A stretch of DNA of 64,000 nt. Origin: an uncultured virus (IMG/VR IMGVR_UViG_3300021440_000019) (taxonomy: Duplodnaviria; Heunggongvirae; Uroviricota; Caudoviricetes). How positions within the stretch are numbered: position 1 is the stretch's first letter; each line of letters opens with the position of its first letter. The stretch lies in the IMG/VR virus record IMGVR_UViG_3300021440_000019. One strand, 5' to 3'. A program made the position numbers and the translations under genes. The notes beneath the pieces were generated by a model. That model was not told the DNA's origin and made no database searches. It saw nothing but the letters and a program-made list of their open reading frames with translations. Of this stretch, positions 38,901 to 47,669 are shown piece by piece.

Positions 38901-40783
38901 AGCTCAACCCGTACCTCGCGCGTCTCGAAATCTTCGTGGCGAACCCCGTGAACTCCCGCGAGGCTTCGTTCACGTCGCGTCTGGCAGACCCCAACGACCG
39001 GATGTCTCCGAAAGCGAAGAAGGTCGCGCAACTGTGCCGGCAGCACATCGAGCGCGGCTACATCGGCAAGATCCTGGTGTTCACGCAGTACAACGAGAGT
39101 GCCGAGGGCATCTTCAACTCGCTGCCGAAGGACCTGCGTGATCGCGCGGTGCACTACTCAGCGGACAACAAGATGACGCTGACGCAGTTCACCGATGATC
39201 CGAACAAGCTGATCCTCGTGGGGAACGAGCGGTCCATCGGCACGGGTCTGAACCTGCAAGTGGCTTCACGGATAATCCGCTGCGAGTCCACCTGGAACTG
39301 GGGCGCACTGGAGCAAGCTGAATCCCGTGTGAATCGGCCGGTGCCGAAGTCGAAGGAGACCCGCAAGGCCATCTACATGGACTGGCTGCTGGTCAACGGC
39401 ACCATCGACGTGACGAAGACGTGCCGGATGATTTCCAAGGCCGTGGAGTCGTACAAGTTCAACAACGCAGGGAATCCCGCGTTCGACGACATGGACCCGC
39501 TGGAACCCGTGAAGCTCAGCTTGGAGAACATCCTGCTGCGCAACGACGTTTCGGACCCGAGCCACAACGTCAAGGACCACCTGCTGGCTCTGCAACTGTG
39601 CCGCGTGCTCGAAGAGCAGGACTTCCAGGCGTTCCGTGTTGATCCGAACAACCGCACCGAAGGCTACGAGTTGCGCGGTGGCGTGCTGCCCGGGTCCGGT
39701 CTGCTGAAGAACGTGCCGTACGTTCCGGGCATGGCGCTGTACGGCACGAAAGACCTGGGACTCGTACCGTTCGTCGAGTACGTGACGAACGTACGGAAGT
39801 CCACGCTGGTCGCGTTCGATCCGGTGGGGCACGTGATCCACACGGAAGAAGGGGACGGTCGCTGTGTCAGTTCTCGCCGGTCCGGCGGTGAGCTTCGCTC
39901 GGTCACTGTCGAACTCCCGAGCGGTGAGCGTGGCACCTTCGACCTGACTTCCGTGTTCATCGTGACGCGGCCGAATGTGGACGTGGACACACGCAGGCAG
40001 ATCGCTGAAACCGTGATGTCGGAGCACCTCGGTCGCCCTGTCGCCATCGCGCCGCAAGCTCCGCTCACCGTGGAAGACAACCCTGCGGCCGCTGGTCCCA
40101 ACAAGGGCAGCATCAAGCTGCTGCGGTCCAAACCGGTACCTGCGGTGCCGAGCCGTCCCGACAGCGAGTACGCACTGTACGTGATGTCCGTCGGTCACAT
40201 GATCGCGCTGACGGCCACGCCGGAAGACCAGGACACTCCCATCGACATGTTGCTGGAGCACGACTTCATCACGGTGAAGCCGTACTACTACGCACAGGTG
40301 AAGAACCCGACGGCCCTGGAAGAGTGGTACACCAAGGCACGGAAGGTCACAGGGTTCGCCAACGATAGCCGCGCGCAGATCGAAGAAATGCTCGCGCTGA
40401 TGAAGGCGCACAACCCGTCCAAGTTCTACCAGAACGTGAAGCCTGCTGTGCTCCGTGACTTCTGGCGGTCGCAGCGTCAAGCACCGAAGGCCGGTCTGTT
40501 CTCCGGGTTCGTCAGCATCGAAGACAACGGTGTGGGCAAGCATCCGAAAATCTACCTGGTGGCGTTCAAGCACCAGAACCCGCAGTTCCGCAACGTCGCG
40601 TCCAAATCGAAGGTACCTGGACTCGTGTGGGAAGCCACGGAATCGGAACAAGCGTGGTACCTAGCACCGACGGTCAAGGCTGCTGCCGCCAAGCTCCGTG
40701 AGGTGAACGAAGTTGCCCCGGTGAAGAACTTCAAGCTGCTGCTGGCGAAGCTGTCGCAAGTTCGACCCACTCCCGCAAAGTGA
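35939..40783 (+). CDS. large SNF2/SWI2-family ATPase (SF2) with long N- and C-terminal extensions
   Basis: Motifs LMPHQ, AAGGGKT (Walker A), VVDESH (Walker B), TGT, GTGLNLQ and EQAESRVNR. Start placed at the ATGA overlap at 35939. Confidence 0.85.
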   Translation: MRLLETKAMESAMTILAATKRQAHPLLETPFGRAFLRYDGQNMDRDFAASYAAFAMGSAGFRHYLVKSVWGNATGVKPGAFSMDSTEANYQALFEEQGASTLHHTRIRRKGNSIVVSIPVGRFDFGTYYMPDVRWATTATMPKTEGNLNAAVNRIQSSKFRNLLVLDSALDLTVSADEVMRATPVADYETRTSGRGENGYPALFARVFSKFRFMRCSLREASTSDQRRLGIGAASGTRIPYDDLSMENPLVQANPDLGWEVLKYMLSIPVVGFVEAELGDDFIEPLSGMSAAEVPLSLIGNWLSGTIEYQWFGSEDSLQDVFEVSSIGRSRAESEASTVLPYDPAANEDRLCIDNVGYFYYLPAADLVEQYEAEVETVFADERGEWTPMDVKNPKNVIRFDDGAGRTRTQPRKVQPDRLIYTDFKAGVIAYTDHQGLMKVTDISSFRAVNATHIKELLNLSLWKPSYDNEEFVDMLNAALRSALNANPAIAQELPYSATETFGLNEYQRDLANAQFREFVSGNRGGDLAEEAARWRLRFMGIAGIDENLRDEVEDLSFRHISPTSPVPELRIVYRLLAEYTQRMAANFEVAASEYRLLPTLQRLGFLTTLVKNAPRYDEVFEQDRVDRAPYTDPVEDYRNVEIPEIPFTRGVTLMPHQVKVFAALKRFPKRFTLDIAAGGGKTFTAVLVALMYMKHVGVRHPLVICPNILLKNYFEDATYATSGAVNIIAVNSEIIARWGADKLAELIRKAPINTVVVASFDSMAKGTTRIYGTRKISVNSVTEFLKQFDFDFVVVDESHRIKRMSSNTNRNVTRVAARAKYSGIMTGTLLYNGAADVVGQFNVMDPTIFGSDSHFDNKFMEATAGVKRAKSGAPAVVQRRIADSTTYVKIARKEWASLLPPRVDEFDGTATEKFWILNDPEYPGEPMLTPAQSDYYNNVLLKEVRDKIFQDSQTDEGLRRLLRAMEGRGNAETEEDDEKLLEDIMEKLNPYLARLEIFVANPVNSREASFTSRLADPNDRMSPKAKKVAQLCRQHIERGYIGKILVFTQYNESAEGIFNSLPKDLRDRAVHYSADNKMTLTQFTDDPNKLILVGNERSIGTGLNLQVASRIIRCESTWNWGALEQAESRVNRPVPKSKETRKAIYMDWLLVNGTIDVTKTCRMISKAVESYKFNNAGNPAFDDMDPLEPVKLSLENILLRNDVSDPSHNVKDHLLALQLCRVLEEQDFQAFRVDPNNRTEGYELRGGVLPGSGLLKNVPYVPGMALYGTKDLGLVPFVEYVTNVRKSTLVAFDPVGHVIHTEEGDGRCVSSRRSGGELRSVTVELPSGERGTFDLTSVFIVTRPNVDVDTRRQIAETVMSEHLGRPVAIAPQAPLTVEDNPAAAGPNKGSIKLLRSKPVPAVPSRPDSEYALYVMSVGHMIALTATPEDQDTPIDMLLEHDFITVKPYYYAQVKNPTALEEWYTKARKVTGFANDSRAQIEEMLALMKAHNPSKFYQNVKPAVLRDFWRSQRQAPKAGLFSGFVSIEDNGVGKHPKIYLVAFKHQNPQFRNVASKSKVPGLVWEATESEQAWYLAPTVKAAAAKLREVNEVAPVKNFKLLLAKLSQVRPTPAK

Positions 40784-40793
40784 AGGACCAACC

Positions 40794-41603
40794 ATGCTGA
40801 AACAACCCGAAGACATTCTGCTGATCCAGGGCAAACTCAAGGCCCTGGGTTTCATCATCGTGCCGGAGGTGCCGGGTGTCTGGTGTCCGGTCACTGCGCA
40901 TGCGTGGCGTGCGTTCGGCATCCACTACGGTGTCCCGAAAGTGTGGCACTGGAAGATGCCGGAGCGCTGGTCTGAAGTGCATCCGCTGCTCCGTGACGAG
41001 GCCGCAGCCGCTGCCGAAGCCCACGCGGAAGCCGCTGCCGCCAGCGCTACAGGAGCACCCGTTCCGGCACCGGCTGCGGCCGCTGTGCCTGCTGCTCCGG
41101 TACCCGCACCACCGGCGCCGGCAGTTCCCGTGATACCGGCGACTCCTGCACCGACTCCGGTATCGACGGATGCTTCCAGCGGAGCACCAACAGCGCCCGT
41201 TGGCACTCCAACAGGGGCTCCCAGTGGTACCAATTCCAGCGCCGTTGGCGACACCAGTGCAGAGAGCGGTGGCACCGGAACACCGATGAAAATGAGTGCT
41301 CGTGCTCCCGGGGTTCCGCACGTGCCTCCGGCGGGTGCTCCCGCTGCACTGTCCATCCAGGTCGGCCCTGTGACAACGCCGTCGGTGCCGAAGCCGGCTA
41401 CGGTGGCGCCCTCTGGTGCCGGTGCTGGTGCCGCAGCGGCAGCCGGTGCAGCCATCGTCGAGCCACCGGCACCCGCGCACGTGCCCAAGGTGATACTCGG
41501 CCGCGATCTGCCGGATCACGTGCCTGCGCGTGACCCCGTGGTCGAACACGTGGTTGCCAAACCCAAGGGGACGCCGAAGGTCGTGGCACCGAAGCGCAAG
41601 TAA
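40794..41603 (+). CDS. Pro/Ala-rich protein with a peptidoglycan-binding-like N-terminus
   Basis: IQGKLKALGF.....PGVW.PVT..AW.AF resembles PG_binding_1. The rest is low-complexity. Confidence 0.5.
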   Translation: MLKQPEDILLIQGKLKALGFIIVPEVPGVWCPVTAHAWRAFGIHYGVPKVWHWKMPERWSEVHPLLRDEAAAAAEAHAEAAAASATGAPVPAPAAAAVPAAPVPAPPAPAVPVIPATPAPTPVSTDASSGAPTAPVGTPTGAPSGTNSSAVGDTSAESGGTGTPMKMSARAPGVPHVPPAGAPAALSIQVGPVTTPSVPKPATVAPSGAGAGAAAAAGAAIVEPPAPAHVPKVILGRDLPDHVPARDPVVEHVVAKPKGTPKVVAPKRK

Positions 41604-41624
41604 TCCGCGAGAGCGTGGCGAACG

Positions 41625-41631
41625 GGTAAAT
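41625..41631 (+). promoter_or_regulatory. GGTAAAT motif, putative early/middle promoter element
   Basis: Intergenic, upstream of the DNA polymerase. The same 7-mer is intergenic at 51452 and intragenic at 35356, 45080 and 47513. Confidence 0.4.
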
Positions 41632-41679
41632 CGTTCGTATCAGCGAGGCACATCGCTATGACAACCGCAACGGTACTCC

Positions 41680-44600
41680 ATGAATCTCGAAGCGCTCAAG
41701 CCCATAGGGTTTTCGTACGACATCCCGCCGCAACTGGCCGAAATGGACTGCAAGGAATTCAGGGTCGAACCCCTGATCGACTTCCAGTACCGTAAGGCCA
41801 AGCGGCGGGTTCTCATTCTGCTTCAGCATGTCCCGACAGAAGACTTGAGAGCCAAGCGCTTGCTGTCAGGGGCTCACGGTCACGCCGTGGTCAACATGCT
41901 GAAGCTCGCACGTGGTTACGCACGTGCTTCCGGTGCCGAGCTAGCTTCAGGCCTCGGCTACGCGGTTGCGAACTTCCAGTATTTCCGCACGTATCATCTG
42001 GAAGATGCCGACGCCATCGAGCTTGCCCACCGAGCAGAACGCAATCGGCTTCGGGCACTGCTTGACAAACTCAAACCCAACGTAGTGCTGTCCATCGGGG
42101 ACGACGCGAGCATCGCGTTGACCAAGTACGATGGCGTTGAAGACGCCCCGTGGGCACCGCGATACCGTGGGTACTCGCTGCCGCACTACAAGAACGCGAA
42201 GCTCCGTGTGATCCCCGTGCACGACATCACGCTGAACTCGCGTGCGAGTGACGATGACGATGACGGGGACTCCGAATCGGACTTCGGTGAGAAGAAGCTC
42301 GTGGCCGAAGCGAACCTCCTTGGGTTCGCTAGCCGCTGTGCATCCACGCTGTTCACGCGCGACCTGGAGCGCCCGTTCGCTGTACCCGAGACGAAGGTGC
42401 AGTACCAAGTCGTTGACACCGTAGCCAAGTTCGACAAGCTGTGGGCGAAGATGATGGTCGCGCCCCGGCAGTCCGTGGACACGGAGACGAACGATCTGGC
42501 GCGGATCACCAACCGTGTCCTCACGCTACAGGTAGCGTTCTCGGCCAAGCGCGGATACCTGCTTCCGTTGATGCACCGTGACTCCCCGTGGAACGCCAAA
42601 GAGCTTGAGTACATCCGCAAGAAGCTCAGGCAGTGGCTCGGCAAGAAGTTCGACCCGCTGTCCACGGACTACGAGCAGTACCTCATAGGGCAGAACTTCA
42701 AGTTCGACATGACGCCGCTCCGTGAGTGGCTCGGGCTGTACGCTGTGTACTGGCCGGTGTGGGACCTGCAAGCTGGCGAGTACGCGCTCGACGAGAACAT
42801 CAAGCAGGCGCAGCAGTTCGGCACGCCGCAGTACAACTTGGCGCAAGAGTGCCTGAACTACGGCATCACTTGGTACGAGACATCGCGGTTCGGCAAGGAC
42901 GAGCGGCATACGATTGCCAACCGTGACCTGGACGACGCGGTGCTCTCGTACATGAGCGCGGATGTGCAATTTCCCTTCGCCATCCACGAGAAGCAGATCG
43001 AGCGCGCGCGTGTGCAACGATTCGCCAACGGGAACTACGTGCAGGCGTTCCGGAGGTTCGTCGTCACGCAGATGAACAACTTGGTGAAGATCGAATCGTT
43101 CATGGAAGGCCGTGGCGTGTACATCGACGGTCCATGGCTGCGTCAGCTTCAGCTACGCACGGGCCCGCTGGAGAAGCTGAAGTCCGAACTTGACGCGAAG
43201 TTCCAGCAGTCGCCGGCAGCGCAGAAAGCCAACCGCAGGATGATCCGCGATCTTGGCATCCCGCAAGACACGCTGTGGGGTGGCACGCAGTGGGTTCTCG
43301 ACATGAACAAGCCTGCGCACAAGCAGAAGCTGTTCATCGACGTGCTGAAGCTCAAGCCGCTGGCTACCGGTGTCACCGGCGCACCCTCGATCAACAAGGC
43401 GTTCCTCGGCGTGTACAAGGAGGTACCAGAGGTCGCGCTGTTCTCTGAGCGTGGGCAGCTTGAGAAGCTGAGCAACACGTACGTGAACAAGGTCGCGCGG
43501 TACCGCAAAGAGGACCCGGATTTCCGCACCGACGGGCGGCTGCGACCGTCGTTCGGGTTCACAGAAACGGTGACCGGGCGCTCCAACTCGTACGACCCGA
43601 ACCTCCAGCAGATACCGTCGCGGGGCAAGCATGCGAAGCTCATTAAGCGCATGTTCGTGGCGGCACCCGGCAACCTCCTCATCAAGATGGACTACAGCGC
43701 GCACGAGATTCGCGTGTGGTCGATCATCGCAGGTGACCACAAGCTCGGTGCGCTGTTCGCGCAGGGTCGTGCCCTGCGACAGAAGTGGCGTGCCACGGAG
43801 AACCCGAAGTACAAGGACCAGCTTGAAACCGTCGGTGACATCCACAAGCTGAACTGCCAACTGTTCTTCGGTACGGACCCGCGAGAGGTCACGAAGGAGC
43901 AACGTGATGCAGTGAAGTCGCTGGTGTTCGGCAGCATCTACGGCATGGGTCCCTCAACGCTGGCACGCAACCTCGGCCGTGACAAAGAGTTTGTGCTGGA
44001 GCTCCTGGACAAGTTCTTCTCACGGTACGCGAAAGCAAGCTCGTGGCTCAAGTGGGCCAAGCAGCACGTGGTGGACCACAACGATGTGCCGTCACCGATT
44101 GGGCGCATCCGCCACATGTACGCGCATCTGTACTCCGGTGCTGGCGCGCTGGAAGCTGCGGTGAAGCGCATGGGCAGCAACTCGCCGATCCAAGGGTGGG
44201 CAGCAGACATGGGTCACACTGCGGCCACGCTGTTTCTCTGGCACTTCCCTCGCGTAGTCGAAGAGTTCCAACTGGCACCGGTGACCAAGGCCATCGGCGG
44301 CATCAACGTCATGGTGCACGACAGCATCGAAGGCGACTTCATGTACCGGCTGTACCTCGTGGCGCTGCAAGTGATGCAGTGGTGCGCGACCACAGGCTGC
44401 ATGCAGTATTACGAGCGGCACTTCGGCACGAAGTACACGGTGCCCCTGGAGGTCGAGTTTGAACTCGGTGCTGACGACAGTACGCTCCGCAAGTGGGACT
44501 GGAGTGAGAACGGCGTTGGCAAAGACTCTACGGGTCTGCAAGACGCCCTGACCTTGGCGCTGGAGAACCAGCGCGCAGTGTACCCTGATCTGGACATCAA

Positions 44601-44685
44601 GTCCGCACGGAAGGAGATCATGTCCGTACGGAACTCCGTGAAGCTGTGCCGAGCCCTCGATGCTCGGTACCCGATTCTCGCATGA
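41680..44685 (+). CDS. polA: family A DNA polymerase with 3'-5' exonuclease and N-terminal UDG-like domain
   Basis: Exonuclease motifs DTET, GQNFKFD and YMSAD. Polymerase motifs TVTGR.NS.DPNLQQIP, DYSAHEIR, KSLVFGSIYG, NSPIQG and VHDS. Confidence 0.95.
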   Translation: MNLEALKPIGFSYDIPPQLAEMDCKEFRVEPLIDFQYRKAKRRVLILLQHVPTEDLRAKRLLSGAHGHAVVNMLKLARGYARASGAELASGLGYAVANFQYFRTYHLEDADAIELAHRAERNRLRALLDKLKPNVVLSIGDDASIALTKYDGVEDAPWAPRYRGYSLPHYKNAKLRVIPVHDITLNSRASDDDDDGDSESDFGEKKLVAEANLLGFASRCASTLFTRDLERPFAVPETKVQYQVVDTVAKFDKLWAKMMVAPRQSVDTETNDLARITNRVLTLQVAFSAKRGYLLPLMHRDSPWNAKELEYIRKKLRQWLGKKFDPLSTDYEQYLIGQNFKFDMTPLREWLGLYAVYWPVWDLQAGEYALDENIKQAQQFGTPQYNLAQECLNYGITWYETSRFGKDERHTIANRDLDDAVLSYMSADVQFPFAIHEKQIERARVQRFANGNYVQAFRRFVVTQMNNLVKIESFMEGRGVYIDGPWLRQLQLRTGPLEKLKSELDAKFQQSPAAQKANRRMIRDLGIPQDTLWGGTQWVLDMNKPAHKQKLFIDVLKLKPLATGVTGAPSINKAFLGVYKEVPEVALFSERGQLEKLSNTYVNKVARYRKEDPDFRTDGRLRPSFGFTETVTGRSNSYDPNLQQIPSRGKHAKLIKRMFVAAPGNLLIKMDYSAHEIRVWSIIAGDHKLGALFAQGRALRQKWRATENPKYKDQLETVGDIHKLNCQLFFGTDPREVTKEQRDAVKSLVFGSIYGMGPSTLARNLGRDKEFVLELLDKFFSRYAKASSWLKWAKQHVVDHNDVPSPIGRIRHMYAHLYSGAGALEAAVKRMGSNSPIQGWAADMGHTAATLFLWHFPRVVEEFQLAPVTKAIGGINVMVHDSIEGDFMYRLYLVALQVMQWCATTGCMQYYERHFGTKYTVPLEVEFELGADDSTLRKWDWSENGVGKDSTGLQDALTLALENQRAVYPDLDIKSARKEIMSVRNSVKLCRALDARYPILA

Positions 44686-44692
44686 GGACGTT

Positions 44693-45463
44693 ATGAACTG
44701 GACTTTCCTGTTGACGTTGTACGGTACTCCGCCGGAGACACCGAACGCGCTGCTGCACCACCTGGGCGCCTCAGCCGCCACATGTCTCGTCGGGAGCAAT
44801 ACGGAAACCCTCGGGTACCGGTTGTACGAAGGCGGTGTGCCCGCGCTGATGTCCACAATGATCGCTCGACCTTTCTCGTACTTCGTGTTCGGCGACGCCG
44901 TACCCGAGGAGATGGCCGTCGTGAACAAGGGCACCACGCTGTTCTCGTACTTCAATGGCGCGCTGGCGAACGCGCCGAGTCGGCGCGTGCTCACCTCGAT
45001 GCTGAATCTGAGTTCGAGCGGCACGCCCGATGCCAACTACGGCAAGCTCATCCACAACCGTGTCATGCGTGGGCTCCACGGTAAATACTCGATGCTGCTG
45101 GCACAACTCGGGGCACAGCCGACGTTTGTGTTCGCGTCTCAGAAGCTGGAGTACAGCGCGTGGCTCCTGAGCTACGAGAACGTGTACTACATGCTGGCCT
45201 CGAACAGCAACGTCGTGGCAAACGAGTTGGAAGCCGCCGTGCTGGAAAACCGAGGCGCATCTGCCGAGACGTACTACCAACAGATACTGGACCTGCCTGC
45301 GGAGTCCACGATGTTGCTGCGGCCGGTGTACGCTATCACGAAGTTCCGTCAGCGCATCAAGGCGTACGCTGACAAGAACAGCCGCAAGCTGCTGATCGCC
45401 AACTATTTCCGCCTGTACTGCAAGCGCCAGTGCGTAACCACACCTCAAGAAGGACGAGCATGA
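44693..45463 (+). CDS. hypothetical protein, weak resemblance to class II (Ntn) glutamine amidotransferase fold
   Basis: GAGGA RBS. FNGALAN resembles HNG.I.N, and LHGKYSMLL....PTFVFAS resembles L.G.YA......P..L..AR. There is no N-terminal Cys. The ORF is solid; the fold call is weak. Confidence 0.45.
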   Translation: MNWTFLLTLYGTPPETPNALLHHLGASAATCLVGSNTETLGYRLYEGGVPALMSTMIARPFSYFVFGDAVPEEMAVVNKGTTLFSYFNGALANAPSRRVLTSMLNLSSSGTPDANYGKLIHNRVMRGLHGKYSMLLAQLGAQPTFVFASQKLEYSAWLLSYENVYYMLASNSNVVANELEAAVLENRGASAETYYQQILDLPAESTMLLRPVYAITKFRQRIKAYADKNSRKLLIANYFRLYCKRQCVTTPQEGRA

Positions 45464-46587
45464 AATTCAAGATCGAAACCAAGGCCGTTGTCGCCGCGTT
45501 GAAAACCGTGTTGGCGTTGTCGCAGACGACGCTGGTCACTGTGACAGCCAAGGGCAAGACGCTGCGCATCGCTGCACAAGGCAAGTCCGTGATGGTGGCA
45601 CTGCGTGCGCCGGCTACCGTGAGCGAAGCCGGCGAAATCTCCATTGAGGGCTACATGTTCTCGCAGACGATCAAGAACCGCACGGAAGTCCAGTGCGAGC
45701 TTCGAGACTCGCAGTTGGTCATCACGGGCAAGTCGCTGACGGTGAAGCTCGTGACTGCCCCGGTGGAGACGGTGCCGTCCGTGGACAAGAGCAGTGCCAC
45801 GGAAGTCGGCGCCGAGTTCCAGGAGCAACTGGCCGATGCCATCGCGCGCGTGGGCATCTCCAACGTGCACGACCACAACCCCATCGCGTACCGCATCGCG
45901 CTCAGAAAGTCGGGGCTCACGGTGATCGCGGCAGACGCACACCACGTGGCTGCCGCGTTCAACCCCAAAGCCCGGAGCAAGACGGCGCTGTCATTCACGT
46001 TGTCGGCGGATGCGTTCACGACGATCACGACGCTCGCGGACAAGAAGGGCTACTCGTTCGCCATGACCGATTCGGAGATCCTGGCGTGGTCACCGCTGTT
46101 CGAGCTACGGATTCCCACGCTGGTCCGCGACGCCAGCGGCCCGACAGACGAAGCCGTCACGTCGATGGTGGCGGAAGTCACGGGTGCCAAGGCAGACATT
46201 CGAGCAACGGTCAGCCGTGAGGAGTTCACTTCGGCGTTGGACACCATGAACGGGATCTTCGAGGGTGGTGCCAACGTCGGCATCACGACGAAAGACACTG
46301 GTCTGGAACTCCGCTTCAAGACCAGCTACGGGGAGATCGTCTCGAAGCTCAAGACGGACAAAGCACGTGGTGCCTTTGACCATGCCATCGACTTGCCGCT
46401 GACGGCGGACACGTTCGGCTTCCTCAAGGGCAAGGCCCTGGTTCTCGGCATCTACAACGGCAACGTGCTGTACACGGTCGAGCAGGATGGTGACGTGCAG
46501 AGCACGTATCTCATGCGTCTGGTTTCCAAGGTCGTGACTTCCACCAAGACCGTGAAGGCCAAGCGCGGTGAAACCACGAAGGACTGA
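45460..46587 (+). CDS. dnaN: DNA sliding clamp, beta-subunit (DnaN)-like
   Basis: 375 aa starting MKFKIETKAVVAALKTV, with a three-fold repeated clamp pattern (LTVIAADAHHVA, VSREEFTSAL), located near the polymerase. Confidence 0.7.
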   Translation: MKFKIETKAVVAALKTVLALSQTTLVTVTAKGKTLRIAAQGKSVMVALRAPATVSEAGEISIEGYMFSQTIKNRTEVQCELRDSQLVITGKSLTVKLVTAPVETVPSVDKSSATEVGAEFQEQLADAIARVGISNVHDHNPIAYRIALRKSGLTVIAADAHHVAAAFNPKARSKTALSFTLSADAFTTITTLADKKGYSFAMTDSEILAWSPLFELRIPTLVRDASGPTDEAVTSMVAEVTGAKADIRATVSREEFTSALDTMNGIFEGGANVGITTKDTGLELRFKTSYGEIVSKLKTDKARGAFDHAIDLPLTADTFGFLKGKALVLGIYNGNVLYTVEQDGDVQSTYLMRLVSKVVTSTKTVKAKRGETTKD

Positions 46588-46588
46588 C

Positions 46589-47020
46589 ATGACGTTGCCG
46601 ATGCACGGTTGGCGGTTTCAGGTACCACGAGGGCAGAGCCGCAACTCGTTCTTCACCGCCCCCGTCGGCAACCGCAGAGTCGTCGCCTTTCTACGCTATG
46701 ACCCGATGGCAGCGCCGGTGCTCGCGGAAGAGCCCAGTGTGAAGCTGCCGGCTGTCAACGTGTACGGTATCCACGCGGGGACGCCTGAAGGTGTACGCAT
46801 CGGCTACGTGTTCTGGTCCCCGTTGGTAACCGTGGTGGACCCGTTCTTCACGCTGTACCATCGACCGCAATACAGCCCTATGGACTCCGTGCGCGAGGGT
46901 GCCACCGGAGTCAACAAGTACCAACTACGCGGGGGCATCGCCGTGTTCGTGATCGAAGACGATGCTGTGCTACTGACCTACCATACGGTATCCCGCATAA
47001 CCGAAGCACTGGATGCATGA
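46589..47020 (+). CDS. hypothetical protein
   Basis: AAGGA RBS precedes ATG 46589. 143 aa. Confidence 0.6.
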   Translation: MTLPMHGWRFQVPRGQSRNSFFTAPVGNRRVVAFLRYDPMAAPVLAEEPSVKLPAVNVYGIHAGTPEGVRIGYVFWSPLVTVVDPFFTLYHRPQYSPMDSVREGATGVNKYQLRGGIAVFVIEDDAVLLTYHTVSRITEALDA

Positions 47021-47669
47021 CATGAACGAAAAACAACGGGCAGCGCTGGCCGCTGCGTACACGAGCATCGTGGCAACCCTGGCTGAAGCCTCCACGTTTA
47101 CCGAGGCCGAGCGTGAGAACCTCGTGGATTCCGGGCCGCGAATCGCGCGTGGCGTCACCGAAATGCTGTGGAGCCGCGAAGCCATCGTCAAGGAACTGAA
47201 GTCCGCGCTGCGTACGGTGTTCCCCGTGCAACCGGTGCTCGGCATGGGTATCGCGCAGCTACCGATCATCGTGGGTCCGATCACGACGACGAGTCTGTGC
47301 CCTCATCACCTGCTGCCCATCGTGAACACCGTGCACGTAGCGTACGTGAAACAAGGCCGCGTCATCGGCTTGTCCAAGCTGCCGAGAATCGTTGATGCCC
47401 TGGCTCGCCGCGCCGTCGTGCAAGAGCAGTACGGCCAGGACATCATGCGCGTGCTGCGCTACGGGGAGATCGGTGACACCACCGTTGGGGAGCCACTGTC
47501 GGACTCCGTAGCGGTAAATGTGAACGCCGTGCATCACTGCATGGTCTGCCGTGGTGTACGGGGCGCTGCTTCGACGAACACGACAGAGGTGACGGGGGAC
47601 ATGCGTGAGAGCGCCCCGTTTACGCTGTTCACGCAGTTCATCGCCGGCAACCGACATGGCAACACCTAG
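47013..47669 (+). CDS. folE: GTP cyclohydrolase I
   Basis: Zn-binding and catalytic motifs SLCPHHLLP, VIGLSKLPRIV, ARR..VQE and HHCMVCRGV. Confidence 0.92.
   Translation: MHDMNEKQRAALAAAYTSIVATLAEASTFTEAERENLVDSGPRIARGVTEMLWSREAIVKELKSALRTVFPVQPVLGMGIAQLPIIVGPITTTSLCPHHLLPIVNTVHVAYVKQGRVIGLSKLPRIVDALARRAVVQEQYGQDIMRVLRYGEIGDTTVGEPLSDSVAVNVNAVHHCMVCRGVRGAASTNTTEVTGDMRESAPFTLFTQFIAGNRHGNT

Noticed and set aside
47013..47669. folE as evidence for a folate or thymidylate module
   Set aside because: No folB, folK, folP, DHFR or thymidylate synthase is visible, whereas queD and queE are, so the deazaguanine reading is better supported.
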